A stretch of 64,000 bases of DNA. Origin: Paraspadella gotoi. Taxonomy: Eukaryota > Animalia > Chaetognatha. The position numbers and the translations under genes were made by a program. Under the pieces are notes generated by a model. That model was given only the letters and a program-made list of their open reading frames with translations, searched no databases and was not told the origin of the DNA. Below are positions 51,490 to 64,000 of this stretch, in pieces. The stretch is taken from positions 27,230,932-27,294,931 of the forward strand of contig CM119265.1 of the NCBI GenBank assembly GCA_051294375.1. Reading direction: 5' to 3'. Positions within the stretch are counted from its first letter, which is position 1; each line of letters begins with the position of its first letter.

Positions 51490-51695
51490 CGGCTGGAAAG
51501 GCAGACGCGACAAGGAAGGCGACTTGAAAAGGACAGACCGACAAGGAAAGCGGCATGGAAGGAAGCCGACAGGAAAGCGCAAGGAAAGACAGACGACAGG
51601 AAGGCGACTTGGAAAAGGACAGACCGCAAGGAAGGTAACATGGGAAAGGGCAAAGCCGACAATGAAGCGACACGGAAAGGACAGACGCGACGAAA
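51490..51695. repeat. Degenerate ~30-bp purine-rich minisatellite
   Basis: About 7 units like AGGAAGGCGACTTGGAAAAGGACAGACCGACA. Confidence 0.7.
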
Positions 51696-54600
51696 ACGAG
51701 GAAGTCGTCGCGGATCCGACAAGGCCTGGGACCAAAATTAGAACTGGAACGGATTCCGACAAAAATNNNNNNNNNNNNNNNNNNNNNNNNNTCGACATTT
51801 AACCGAAAACTGGAAATCAGAAAACTTGTGTCTCTGGAAGCGCTCGTCATCCGCGCGCGTCATTGCGTGATTTTTTTTGCGTGCGAAATCTCGCGCGTGG
51901 GAACTGGACCGTGGACTTAGCGTGTTGTCGTTGTAGTTGTCGTTGTTGTTGTTGTTGTTGTTGTGCCTGATCGATCTGTCAACGACCGTAAAGTGTTTCT
52001 CGCTCTCGTGTTATACATCGGCGTCGGGCAGCGTTGGGGTGGGGTCGGGCGGCGTCGGGACGGGGTCGGGCGGCGTCGGACGGTGTCGGGCGACGTCTTT
52101 GGCGGCGTCTATACCGGCAGGGATAACGTAACAAAACCCTAACGTCCCCATCCAAAACAGATCTAAATAATTTGGCAACTTTCATAATTTATTTTGACTT
52201 GATCTATCCATTATTACATTTCCTGTGCACATCACAAAACTATAAGGGGTTATGACATCTATCACATCTATCATCGATATCAGTGATTATTCACGAGATT
52301 ATTCACTCGAGATTATACATCTCGATTCACTGGTAGGGATTTTCATAATTTCACCTCAGGTCAGCGAACCGAGATTAAGGGAAGGTGAGGTTCGGTCGCG
52401 TCGAGTCGGGTGAGTTGATGTAGTTAAAACCGATGTCATGATTTGAAATACAATTTATTTTTAAATGTTGAAGAGGTAAGTTTTAAGTCGGCTTCTTGGA
52501 GNNNNNNNNNNNNNNNNNNNNNNNNNNNNNNNNNNNNNNNNNNNNNNNNNNNNNNNNNNNNNNNNNNNNNNNNNNNNNNNNNNNNNNNNNNNNNNNNNNN
52601 NNNNNNNNNNNNNNNNNNNNNNNNNNNNNNNNNNNNNNNNNNNNNNNNNNNNTCTCTCTCTCAAAAAACCCCAACCAAATTTTCCTACTAATGAACTTCT
52701 CTGGTATCGTAAACCCGTCGAGTCGTTGTCGCCCCGAGTAGATGGCAAATGCCATCGAATGGCACCAGAGATGGTAATCGGGAGACGCCATCTCCGTCGC
52801 GACTCGATTGAAAAAGAAAAAAAGATTTTTGGTTTTAAAACTTCTTCGTCCGTGACGAGCAGAGCGAACCACCCACGTAATCCTCTACCGACGGACCGAT
52901 GGATCGACGGACGGGCAGTCCGTTACGACCCAACCGTCCGTCCGTCCGTCCGTCCGACCGACCGCATGGCGTAGTGCCTTTCCGAAGTCCGTACCCGCTT
53001 TCCCCCATTAAACTGCCCGGCGGGCTTTCCGCCAAAACCGCCCGCCTCGCCGCCCGCCTTCGTCGACGCAAGTGCCCTCTCACCCGAGACGACGACGACA
53101 ACAACGACAACAACGACGACGACAACGATGACGACGACGACAATATTTCGTCGATCTCCACGAGTCTTCGACCAAAAAAACCTACTCCCTTCGTTGATCT
53201 TAGGTCTTCACATATTTTATCTTTTTCGGTCAAATTTTCATTTTTTTTTCTAAAAAGAAACTAAAATTATTTTCCCCCAAAAAATTTATAGATAACTTTC
53301 GCCTTACGATTTATAAATCATTTACAAACGCATTTGATTTGAGTTTCGTAATATCATATTATTATATTAAATAATAAGTGTTCGCTGACACAATGTTTTG
53401 TATTAATAAATTCAATTGACACATTCCTCGACTATAGAGCGATGAACGGTGACTGGTGATTTGTGACTGGTGACTGGTGACTGGTGAGTGGTAAGGCCTC
53501 GGGGTTTTTCTCCCTGTCTCCCTTGACGACGTCAATATTGATTACGACGACGACGACGACGACGACGACGAAAAAGACGACGATTTCGTTCGCTAAGACG
53601 ATTATACAAATTCTCTTTTGCGAGGGGGGGCGTGTTGCGTTCCAGGTCAGTTAAGGGTGAGTTACGATTACAAAGANNNNNNNNNNNNNNNNNNNNNNNN
53701 NAAAGAGAGAGATTCTGTTTTGTCCCTCTTTTTTTTGGTTTTTTTTTGTTTCGTTTTGATTGACGGGAAAACGTCGGCCGTTGCTGGCTTTTTATCAACC
53801 ATAAAATATGACCTTATGGATGCGGAATGGAAAAAAAAACAGTTCTCAGCTTTGAAAGTCTCGCTTTGTGTCTTAGCATCTGTGATTTTATTGAAAGGCA
53901 TGAACAATTTAATTGTTTGAAGGGAATATCCAGAGTAGTACGTATAATTCTGCAATTGACGTGTCTTAAGATTTTATCCCGATTTTCTCAGTGTCTATGT
54001 GTTATTGTTGTTTTTTTTCCGTCTTTCCTCTTTCGCAGCGACGTTGCCGGCGGCCGGATGGAAACCCAATTCCTTTCCGCTAAAGAACAAATGTCTGAAG
54101 GTAAGCGAGAATTCTTGCCTAATTAACAATCGCTGACTGTAACATAGAGAGCGCGGATTCTGCGATCGAAAGAGAAAAACCAAAACCTTTCAACACTTTT
54201 TTTTCCCTTTCTCCTTTGTTTTTGTACTCCGAAATCCGTTATATTTGCAAAGATTTACAACAATTATCTGTATTTTATTTATCCGATATCCATTTTCGAT
54301 TTCGTAATCTTTATTCCCGCTCTCCCCTCCTCACAGAATTCGCCCCTGGCAAACATCGGGCTCCCCTTTCGGCCATCCAAACGAACTCCGAAAAGCCGCG
54401 ACGCGCATAACAGGTTTGTTTCCTGGAAGTAAGGGAAAAAAGAAAGAGAAAAAAAACCTTCATTAAATATGCAAATACGAACTCGACACAGGGGAAGGCG
54501 GAGAAAGTCAGGAAGGAAAAAAAAGGGGGGGACATTTATGGGCGTTTCTCCAGTGGCGCAGAAAAAAAGCGACTGGGCAGCTATTGCTCCGCTACTTTCG

Positions 54601-57133
54601 GGCCATAAAAAAACCACACGAAGCTTCGAAAGGGTTTGATCCTTTATCCTTCCCTGTTTTTAGTAAGCCGACGTTTTGAACCGTTATTGTTGCCGCGTCT
54701 GATCCGCCCATTTGTAATTTTTTCGTAGTTCTCTTTTCGGAAAAAAAAGTTTTACTAATCAATTTAAGGCCGATCATTCTCTTGAAATGCGATCTCTTTA
54801 TACTTATCTGTATGTTTTCACAATTTTTTATCGCCCCGAATCTCTCTCTCTCTCTCTCTCCATCTCTCCTCTCCTCTCTCTCTCTCGTCTCTCTCTCTCT
54901 CTCTCTGCGCTTTGTCTTTGACTCTATCTCTGTCTGCGAAAACGAAAATGTCATTTTTAAGGGGTATGAATAAAATAACGAAGAACGTAATGAAAGAGAA
55001 TGTATAAATGAGAAGGAGATGTAATAAGAGATGGTACAGATTCAGGAGATTAACTAAAAGCCATGACTATGGGGGTTCAGACCTCAAAGACTTTAATCTT
55101 TTCCTCTCTCTCTCTTCGCGAACGTCAAACATCAACGGGGAATCTCTTTTCTTCCTCCCCCTTCCTTCTTAGTTCCGCCTCGTTGGGGATTTCCTTTCAT
55201 GAGCACGTCGCTGGAATCTCAAGTTTCTCCTTCGCCTCATCATTCATCATCATCATCCTCAGCCAACCGACGTCAACCTGGAGGGCGGTTTCACCTCAAC
55301 GCTCCCGTCTCCCTCCTCCCAGCGACCAGCCCAGACCCTCTTACGCCCTCTTCCGCATCCGGTTTCCGCTTCCGGCACATTCATCGGTTCCCCATCCGAT
55401 TATCCGCTTCCTCAGCATAATCCTCGTCCGGCTCGCTCACTCCTCAATCCTCATACATCGTCTCCACAACAACACCGTCCGGCCGCCGCGACGTAACGAC
55501 GACGCCTCGACCGATCCAGTCTTCCTCCCAACACCATCCAGCGTCGTCGGGGAGACCGGAAAGCGACGACGACGAACGTGGCGACCAAGGACGATGTCCG
55601 TCGAGCCGCTACGACCGCTAGGAAAAAAGGTAGAGTTTCGCGTCACGAACTTATCTTTTTTTTATTCCTTCCTTTTTTGACTTATCGTTTGCATAGACAG
55701 CGGCGGCTGTCGGTGCGCCACTATTTCACTGGAGCTACCGGGCTTTATTGGATCGCGATGCTTATCGTCGCTGCTGAACATTTACTTCTTTGTTCGAGAA
55801 ACAAGAACCAAACTGTTCTCGGTGACAGCCTCCTCGCGTCTCGACTCCGTTCAGGCCTACTACTGAGTGAAATCCTTGGTCTTAACCTCGCGTCCAACCG
55901 GATTTTGTGGGCGCGGTCTTGTCCGACGCCCCTTCGGAGCCGTCGCAGCTCTGCGACCGCCGTTGTAGCGGTGTGGAAAGTCGAAGGAGCCTTGCGAAGG
56001 GAACCCAAGTCCGTTGAAGGGCCGAGGGTGTCGAGCCTTGCGACGCCGTTCCTCTGCTAGAGTCACGAGTGCCATAAGTAGAGTCTGAGGCTAAGTGAAC
56101 ATGTGGCCCTCCGTGCGCTCCCTTTGCCCGCGAGTCTCTGGGGCTGGCAAGTGTCTCAGTGGGCTGTCTCGTGGCCTTGATCTAGGAAAGTTGGTGAACG
56201 TAAGAGGGCTGACATGAATGACGAGGACTTCATACCGTAAAGAGCCGTTTGGAGACGGGTCAAGGTAACTCTCTAACTGACTGAAAAAGGGAAAGAATGC
56301 ATACAAAAGAGTAATAGAAAAGCAGACGGAAATGTATAGAAAAGTCACGTGACAATGAAATGGAATAAATGGAGAATAATGAGAAAATGAATAAAACAGC
56401 GCCATCTCTCATCACCGCCCACCTCGCGGCTTCCCTAGGGAACCGGGAAACATCGCGCCTTAATGCCGGGGGAAGGTGAATCGAGAGAAGATGAAGGGAG
56501 AATAGAAAAGGGAAAAATGAATGAGGAAAATAAGAAAAGGAAATAGAAAGTAAGTAGAATGAATAAAATGAGAAAAAAAAAAAAAAGAGAGGGGATGGGG
56601 AAAGATTTTGAAACCGGAAATAATGAAATGGGTAAAGAATGAAATGGAAAAAATGTCTTATTTAATTTTATATTAATTTTGTTTTTTTTTTTAATGGCCC
56701 GCGTCTGCAACGTAATGATTAAGATATAAAATGAAACTATAATCATTGTTATTCTTTTTACTGTAATCATTTGTACTTTTACACTGTTCACTATTTCTTT
56801 TGATCATGATTTGTCATAAAACGAACGAAATGAACTTGTAATGAATAGAAACCTACGAAATTCTGTGCGTCGTTTTTAGGCCAGGGATTCACTCAATCTA
56901 AAATTATAGAAATCTTAATTTACTGTATCTTAATCATTTTCTCATATCTTGGTAAGAGGTTTTCTATTTGAAAATAATGCGAAAACTTTTAAAAATCTAA
57001 ATAAAATGTTCATAAAAATTTAAACCATAATTTTTTTCTTCGGTAAAACTAGATTTTCAGAGAAAAATAATTTTTTTATATGTTAAGTTAAATTTCCGCC
57101 AATGGGCCGAAACGTGTCGAGGTCACGCATGAA

Positions 57134-57195
<62 letters not shown>

Positions 57196-57325
57196 AGAGA
57201 GAGAGAGAGAGAGAGAGAGGGATATCGATGCAGGGAAGTTGGTTAAGTTTAAAAATGATTTCCCTCCAGGAAAAAAAAATATGAAAAAATATACCTGAAC
57301 GACGAGACATAACATTCAACAAAAG

Positions 57326-58040
57326 TCCGAGCCGACCGACCGACCCTGACCGACCACGACCGACCGACCGACCGCCGACCGAACCGTACCGACCGAACCG
57401 ACGCGGACCGGACCGGCCGACGCGACCGACGCGACCGCACCGACGCGACGCGACCTACCGACCGACGACCGACCGACGCGACCAGACCGACGACGACCGA
57501 CCGAGTCCGACCGACGACCGACCGAGACGAGATCCGAACCGAACCGCCGCGCCGATCCGACCCACCGACCCCACCGCCGAGGTCCGACCGACCGACCGCC
57601 GACGCCACCGGACCGGAGAGACCGACCGACCCACCGACCGACCGACCGTGATCCGACCGACAGACCCGACGACCGACCGCCGAGCGACCGACCGACCGAC
57701 CCGACGCCGACCGACCGCGACGCGAACCTCGACCCGACGACCGACCGACCGACCGACGACGACCCGACCGACCGACCGAGACCCATCTCCGTAACCGTCC
57801 GATCCGACCGACTCTGACGGGACCGACCGAACCGACCGACCGACCGCGACGCGACGACCGACACCGACCGAGAACCGACCGACCCGACGACCGACGCGAC
57901 CGACCGAAAGACCGACCGACCGAGCGCCGACACGACCCCGGCGTTACGACCGACCGATCACGACCGAGACCGACGACGAACCGACCGGGACCGAACCGAC
58001 CGACCGAAACCGACCGACCCGCCGACCGACCCACTGACCG
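57326..58040. repeat. Degenerate (CCGA)n microsatellite, ~700 bp
   Basis: Continuous CCGA/CGA units. Confidence 0.95.
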
Positions 58041-58817
58041 AAGCCGTTCTTGTTGTAATCTCTCTCTCTCTCTCTCTCTCGATATTAGAAATCAGTGACA
58101 GTGCAATGATTACGACGACGTCTTCCTCCTTTGATTCGCGACGAAATTAAAAACTACAACAACAACGACAACCTATCACGTGATCATCGCATATTGATCA
58201 CGTGACTGGAACATTTCGTCACGAGTTTTTGGATTTAACTTCATTTCATTAAAAAAGGGAGAATAAAGAAAAAGGAAATCAACAAGAAAATCAGAAGGCA
58301 GAGGTAAAAATAAAAGTCAGCTGAGATTTAAGTGAAAAAAACAAACTTTTCCTTAGAAAGCAAAATAAATTACTCAATAAAAAAGGAAAATAGTAAAACC
58401 AAACTAAACATTAACTAAGAAAAAGAAATAAATAAATAAAAAAAAAAAACATTCTACGAAAATATGCGATTTTTCGAATTCGTCTCTAAGAAGAAGAAAG
58501 AGGAACGTCACAAGTCAATGAGAAATATTCGCTTCTCCGGAGGAATTAGGGACCTCCCGGTCGTCGTCGTCGTCGTCGTCGTCGTCGTCCTCGTCGTCGT
58601 CGTCGTCGTCGTCGTGACGTTCGCCAAGTCTTGAGGAGGCAGGAGGAAGAGGAGGAGGAGGAGGAGGAGGAGGAAGAGCGAGAGGCGTTTGTGTTTGCGA
58701 TGATGAAATGGAAAGGTTAACTTTTTTTTTAGAGTGCGGATCTGTCGCTCGAATCGGGTGCAGTGCATCTGAGGAATGCAACCGCTGAGCAGGAGAGTCC
58801 GGGGAACGAAAGAGAGC

Positions 58818-58864
<47 letters not shown>

Positions 58865-61750
58865 GAGCCAAGTTGAGAAGAGAGAGAGATGCCTTAGCGA
58901 GGGAGAGGAGAGCAACGTTGAGCGCGCGGCCCGCGCCAACAGGAAGGAAGACAGGCAGCGGTATGCCGAGATCCCGGAGACAGAGGGCAAAACGAAGTCG
59001 CGCGGCAAGCGCGGAACTGGCGGGGGAAAGCTGCACGGATGGCCTGGAGAAAGGAGGGCTGGCGGTGAGGTGCGTATGCTGCGGCGGCGGGAACAATTAC
59101 GAGGCAGGTCGTCTATCGCGTGTCTCATAGTTGCGATCGGATGTGAAAATGGGATAAAGGAGAAAAGAGAAAGAGGTGTGGTGAAAGAAGTGGTGGGAAA
59201 GAGTATGGGGATGGTTCTAATACATTTATCAAGTAATATAAATATTTTTTCTATATGATATATTCTCTTTTATATTTTTTCATGATAAAGTTCTTCCTCT
59301 TGGATCATGCCGTAATTTATTAAATAGTAGATCTTATAATTAAGAGCCAAATTCCATTTTCTAAGTATTTCAGGTTCGAGCTCAAAGTAAATAATAACTT
59401 AAAAGTATTAGTCAGGTCCTGGCCAGAAAAAAGGAAACCTCCGAAAAATTATTCGTCTTCAATGAGTACATGGTGAGCACCTATTATAAGTATTGTTGTA
59501 GGAAGATCTGTCAGTTTCGTCGTAAAGCGTGACAAGTATTTTGTTCTTTTCCGACCAATAAGTTTTCCAACAGAAAAAATATAGACCTTATCTTAGTTGG
59601 TTATAGCTCACGTCTAAAAAATAACTTCTTCGTTTTATAATTTTAAAACTTCCTTCTTTTTATTACTGTATCCACTGACGCATTTTTAAGACCTTGCCAG
59701 TCTCTGCCGGATTTCTTTGTTAAGTCAACTTACAACACCGGAGAACGAACTACGAACGACTATCAAATCGTCCGTACTCTCTTCATATGGATCATTCGCG
59801 TCGTTGTCACTTCCGGGATTAGGCTCTGTTTTGACTTTTGTTCTACGACCTCTCGATTCATTCGTATCTTAGGCTCTCTTTTAAAAAAAAACTTATATAC
59901 TTATTTCTCTCTCATTCAACCTGCAAGAAAACAATCGTTCATAGTTTCAGCAGTGTAGAAACATCGTTTTAAATAAAGCTAAACCTCGTAAACCCCACTG
60001 CATTGGAAGACGAACTTCCCGTTCAATTCTCTCGTTTTCTTTAAGAAAATATATTTCAAACAAAATATTTTAAAAAGTAATAAATACATATTTTTTAATT
60101 CTAAGTATTAGTATATATCACTCTGACTCATTAATCACCGTTAGCAGTTACCGTTATCTAACCAGCGACCTCTCGATTAACGTCTCGTCTTCAAATCGAT
60201 CACCGAGGCGAACGATCACGCGAAAAAAAAAAAGAAAAAAAAGAAAAAAACGGGAAATCTACAACCGGAAAAACTTTCAACTCTCTCTCTCTCGTCATCT
60301 CGTGTTGATTCGTCAATTTTTTCCCCTTTTTTAAACTGATGATGTTCATGGCTTCGCGAATGAGTTTATCCTTTCCAGAATGAAAGTGCAGAGACAATCT
60401 AAGAAGGAGGTTATGAACGCTCTATTTCTGTTGTCGTTATTGATAGGGTTTACGTATAACCGTTAACAGTTACGGTTATTAAACGTTTAAATAATTTTAA
60501 CTAACAGAAAACCGTTAATGAATATTCTATTTTATTTAACGGTAATTAGGGGTTTTTTTAAAATTGATTTTTTTTTTACTTTTTGGTATAAATCTTTGAT
60601 TTTTTTTTAAAAGAAAAGTAATTTTTTCTTGTCCTTATTCTTTTTCCTCCTTTATGGCTTATTGAAAAATAAAACAAAAACACGTTCAAGACTACACAGA
60701 AATAATGAGAGATATAACGAAAGAAAAAGAAAAAGGAGAGAGAAGAAAAACATAGATTAGAATTACAATTGGTGTTTTTTCTTTCTTTGTTCCTTTTATT
60801 ATATTTTTTATGCTATGGGGTAGAAAGTTTTGTGTAGATTTTATCAGATGCATATCTGATTATCTATATTATATAGGTAGATTAAATAGTTTGCTCAATC
60901 ATATTTTTAATTTACCTCCTCTAAAATATGTACCCGAGGCTCTTCTCTTCGCTCTCCTCTCTCTCTCATCCTCTCTCTCTCTCTCTCTCTTCTCTCATCT
61001 CTTTTTCTCTTCTCTCTCTGTCTGTNNNNNNNNNNNNNNNNNNNNNNNNNTTTCTCTGTCGCTTTCTCTCTCTTTCAATCTCTCTATCTCACAGTCTCTC
61101 TCTCCCTCTCTGTCTCCCTCTCTCACTCCTTCATTAACGATTTATTTTCTCTCCCTCTCATCAGATCTTCGCTCAATTTAAGTTTCTCTCCAACAACAAC
61201 AACAAAAAAAAGAATTTTTCATTAGAGGAAAAAATCATCGACGATCGAATCATTGAGGGTCGACGCTTCTTCGTCTTTGGATCCAATAAATTTCAAATCT
61301 ACGAATTGTACAAAGTTTGGAAAAAGACAGGAAAAAGACTGGAAATATACTGGAAAAAGACTGGAAAAAGTCTGGAAAATATTCGAAAAAGACGGGAAAA
61401 AAACTGCAAAAGATCTGAAAAATATAAAATAAATATTGGAAAAAATATTAATTAAAAATTCTAAATTTATTGGAAAAAGAAAAAAAAAATTTGCATCCGT
61501 TTCTTTGAACGAATTCTTTCCAAAAAAGCCACGCTCCAACAAATACCCGTAGCTCCATTTAATATAGTATCCGTCATATCGCTCTATCAAGTCCCTGGAG
61601 CGAATTGCTCCAACGAATCTCTTCACCGAAAGTGACGTTGACGGTTTTCTACATCACTACTACATCACTACTACATCACAAACACGAAACTCGTTTCATC
61701 ATCATCATCCAACAACAACAACTACAACAACTTCTCTTCGACCTTTCCAA

Positions 61751-61770
61751 ATGACGATGACAGAAGCGTC

Positions 61771-61805
<35 letters not shown>

Positions 61806-61850
61806 ATCAGCAGCAACTTACCTCCACGCCGCCGACGCCGCCGATCAACG
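61751..61850 (+). CDS. Possible first coding exon with poly-Gln of a gene continuing beyond the window
   Basis: ATG-initiated MTMTEASQQQQQQQQQQQHQQQLTSTPPTPPIN with mixed CAG/CAA codons, ending at a strong G|GTGAG donor. No downstream exon identified. Confidence 0.4.
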
Positions 61851-61896
61851 GTGAGGAAAAGGGGAAAGGTCACGGAAATTTATCGTTTTTGCTTTA

Positions 61897-62170
61897 AAAG
61901 TAATTACATACGGGTTATGTTTGAGAAGACAAACCTTTTTTTCTCGAAAGTAAATTACATACGGGTTACTTTTTGAGAAGACAATCGTCCGTTTTACTCG
62001 GACGTAATTATATACGGAGCCTTTTGAGACGACAGCTATTGTTTTTGATTGTTTTTGATAAAAAATAATAACATACGGGTCATTTTGAGCACACGTTTTT
62101 TTTTTGCATGAAAAATAATTATATTCTGGTCAACCATTGTTTTTGAGAGAAAAGTAATTACATACGGAGA
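61897..62170. repeat. Degenerate ~50-bp tandem repeat
   Basis: 5-6 units with core AAAGTAATTACATACGGGTTA..TTTGAGAAGACAA. Confidence 0.75.
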
Positions 62171-62239
62171 TTCCGACCAGTTTTCTTCTTTAGCTAATGT
62201 TGACGCAGAAGTTTTGATAATTGGTTCTTTAGATTTGAC

Positions 62240-62890
62240 GTCCCCATTCACCCCATCCAACCGCTGACTCTCCCCTTCCCTTCCAATGCCAACACCGACT
62301 GACCCTTTTCCACCCCCAGCTATCCGAACACTGGAAGCCTTCCACCGTACTCCCATCCAACCACCTGACCGCCCTTCCACCCCTCACCCTCACCACTGGA
62401 CCCCTTCCAGCTCCCATCCACGCAACTGATACCACCCTTCCACCCCCCATCCACAGCGCTGTGACCCCTTCCACCCCATCCACCCACTGACCCGCCTTCC
62501 CAACCCTCCCCGCGCATCCGCATGCCCACCACTGCCCCTTTCCACGCCCCCATCACCAACTGACGACGTCCCTTCCACCGCCCATGCCACACACTGACCC
62601 TCCACAACCCCCATCCACCACTGACCCCTTCCACCCCCCAAATGCATCCAACACTGGCCCTTCCACACCCCCAGCATCCAACACTGCCAACCCCTTCCCA
62701 ACCCCTCATCCACCCCACTGACCTTTTCCACCCGTCGCCATCCCACCACTGACCCTTTCCACCTCCCCATCCCACGGACCACTGACTCGCCTTCCACGCC
62801 CCATCCACCACGGACTCCTTCACCCCCATCCACCACTGACCCTCGGACCCCGTCGCGCATCCACAGTCACTGACCCCCTCACACATCCAT
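62240..62890. repeat. C-rich ~27-bp minisatellite
   Basis: Recurring CCCCATCCACCACTGACCCTTCCA units. Confidence 0.85.
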
Positions 62891-62989
62891 CGCACATTAG
62901 CGTGATCTTCTTTGATTTTCGAGTCGCAAAGTTTTGTGTCCTTTTTTATCTTTTCCCGGAAAAACTTGACTCGCGTCATCTGTCTGACT

Positions 62990-63435
<446 letters not shown>

Positions 63436-64000
63436 GTTTTTTGGTTTCGTTTCTTTCTTTCTTTTCTGCATCGTCAAACATTCAGCCTTCCTCCCTCTCT
63501 CTCTCTCTATCTCTTCTCTCTCATTCGGACCTCTTCTCTAAGTTGCCTCTCTCCATCTCTCTCTCTCTCCTCTCTCGATCTCCTCTCTCTATCTCTCTCC
63601 CAATCCACAACCTTTCCGCTCTTCCTCTCTCACTCCCTCTCACTCTGTCTTCTTGCAAGCCCTCTTCTCCTCTCTATCTAACACGAAACCATCTTCGCGC
63701 GTCGTGCTTTTCTTTGCTTTCCTTTCGTCTTCGATTCTTCGAAACAAAAACGAAACAGAAAAAAAAACTCACGTGTTTTTTCTGTTTTTATTTTTCATCT
63801 CTAAAGGGAAAAAAATTGTATTAATGTATGTTCTAATTCGTTTAAATATACGAAATAAAGATAAAAATAAGGATAATACATTAAATTATAAATTAAAATA
63901 TAAATATTAGAGTTTTAAACTAATTTTGGATATAAAAAGCGAAACAATGGGACGCGATTCAAGAGTTTGACACTGAATTCATGATTCCATTCCTAAACGG

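Noticed and set aside
57249-58034. 261-aa and 205-aa Arg/Ser/Gly/Val-rich ORFs
   Set aside because: They are translations of the (CCGA)n microsatellite.
61897-62170. Repeat-spacer-like array resembling CRISPR
   Set aside because: The units are degenerate, the intervening parts are short and low-complexity, there are no cas genes, and the context is eukaryotic. It is a minisatellite.
62320-62979. Trp/Gly-rich ORFs resembling GW/WG Argonaute-hook proteins
   Set aside because: They arise from a C-rich minisatellite of irregular unit length that is open in several frames, with no splice or start support.

Overview
Eukaryotic, almost certainly invertebrate metazoan, genomic DNA with CpG-rich exons, short AT-rich GT-AG introns and several N gaps. 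The first ~27.6 kb is very gene-dense. Ten co-oriented minus-strand units (YwrD-type GGT, CRYM, a CRYM pseudo-fragment, GPAA1, ANAPC13, PIGL, a J-domain protein, TEFM, EXOSC9 and an unknown gene) diverge from three plus-strand genes (SMPD1, an eEF1B-gamma GST-domain/nucleoside-diphosphate-kinase fusion, PITRM1). Gaps are mostly 100-300 bp, with splice acceptors just before several start codons, which suggests trans-spliced operons. Next come a myozenin/synaptopodin-like gene and a JHAMT-like methyltransferase with tRNA-Arg(CCT) in an intron. A ~9 kb duplication follows, whose second copy is full of 1-bp indels and is probably an assembly artefact. The window ends in repeat-rich, gene-poor sequence. 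The most notable observations are the spliced eEF1B-gamma-GST::NDPK fusion, the putative operons, and short solo-LTR-like elements with a tRNA-like core. All gene models were built by hand from splice sites and remembered protein similarity; no searches were run.
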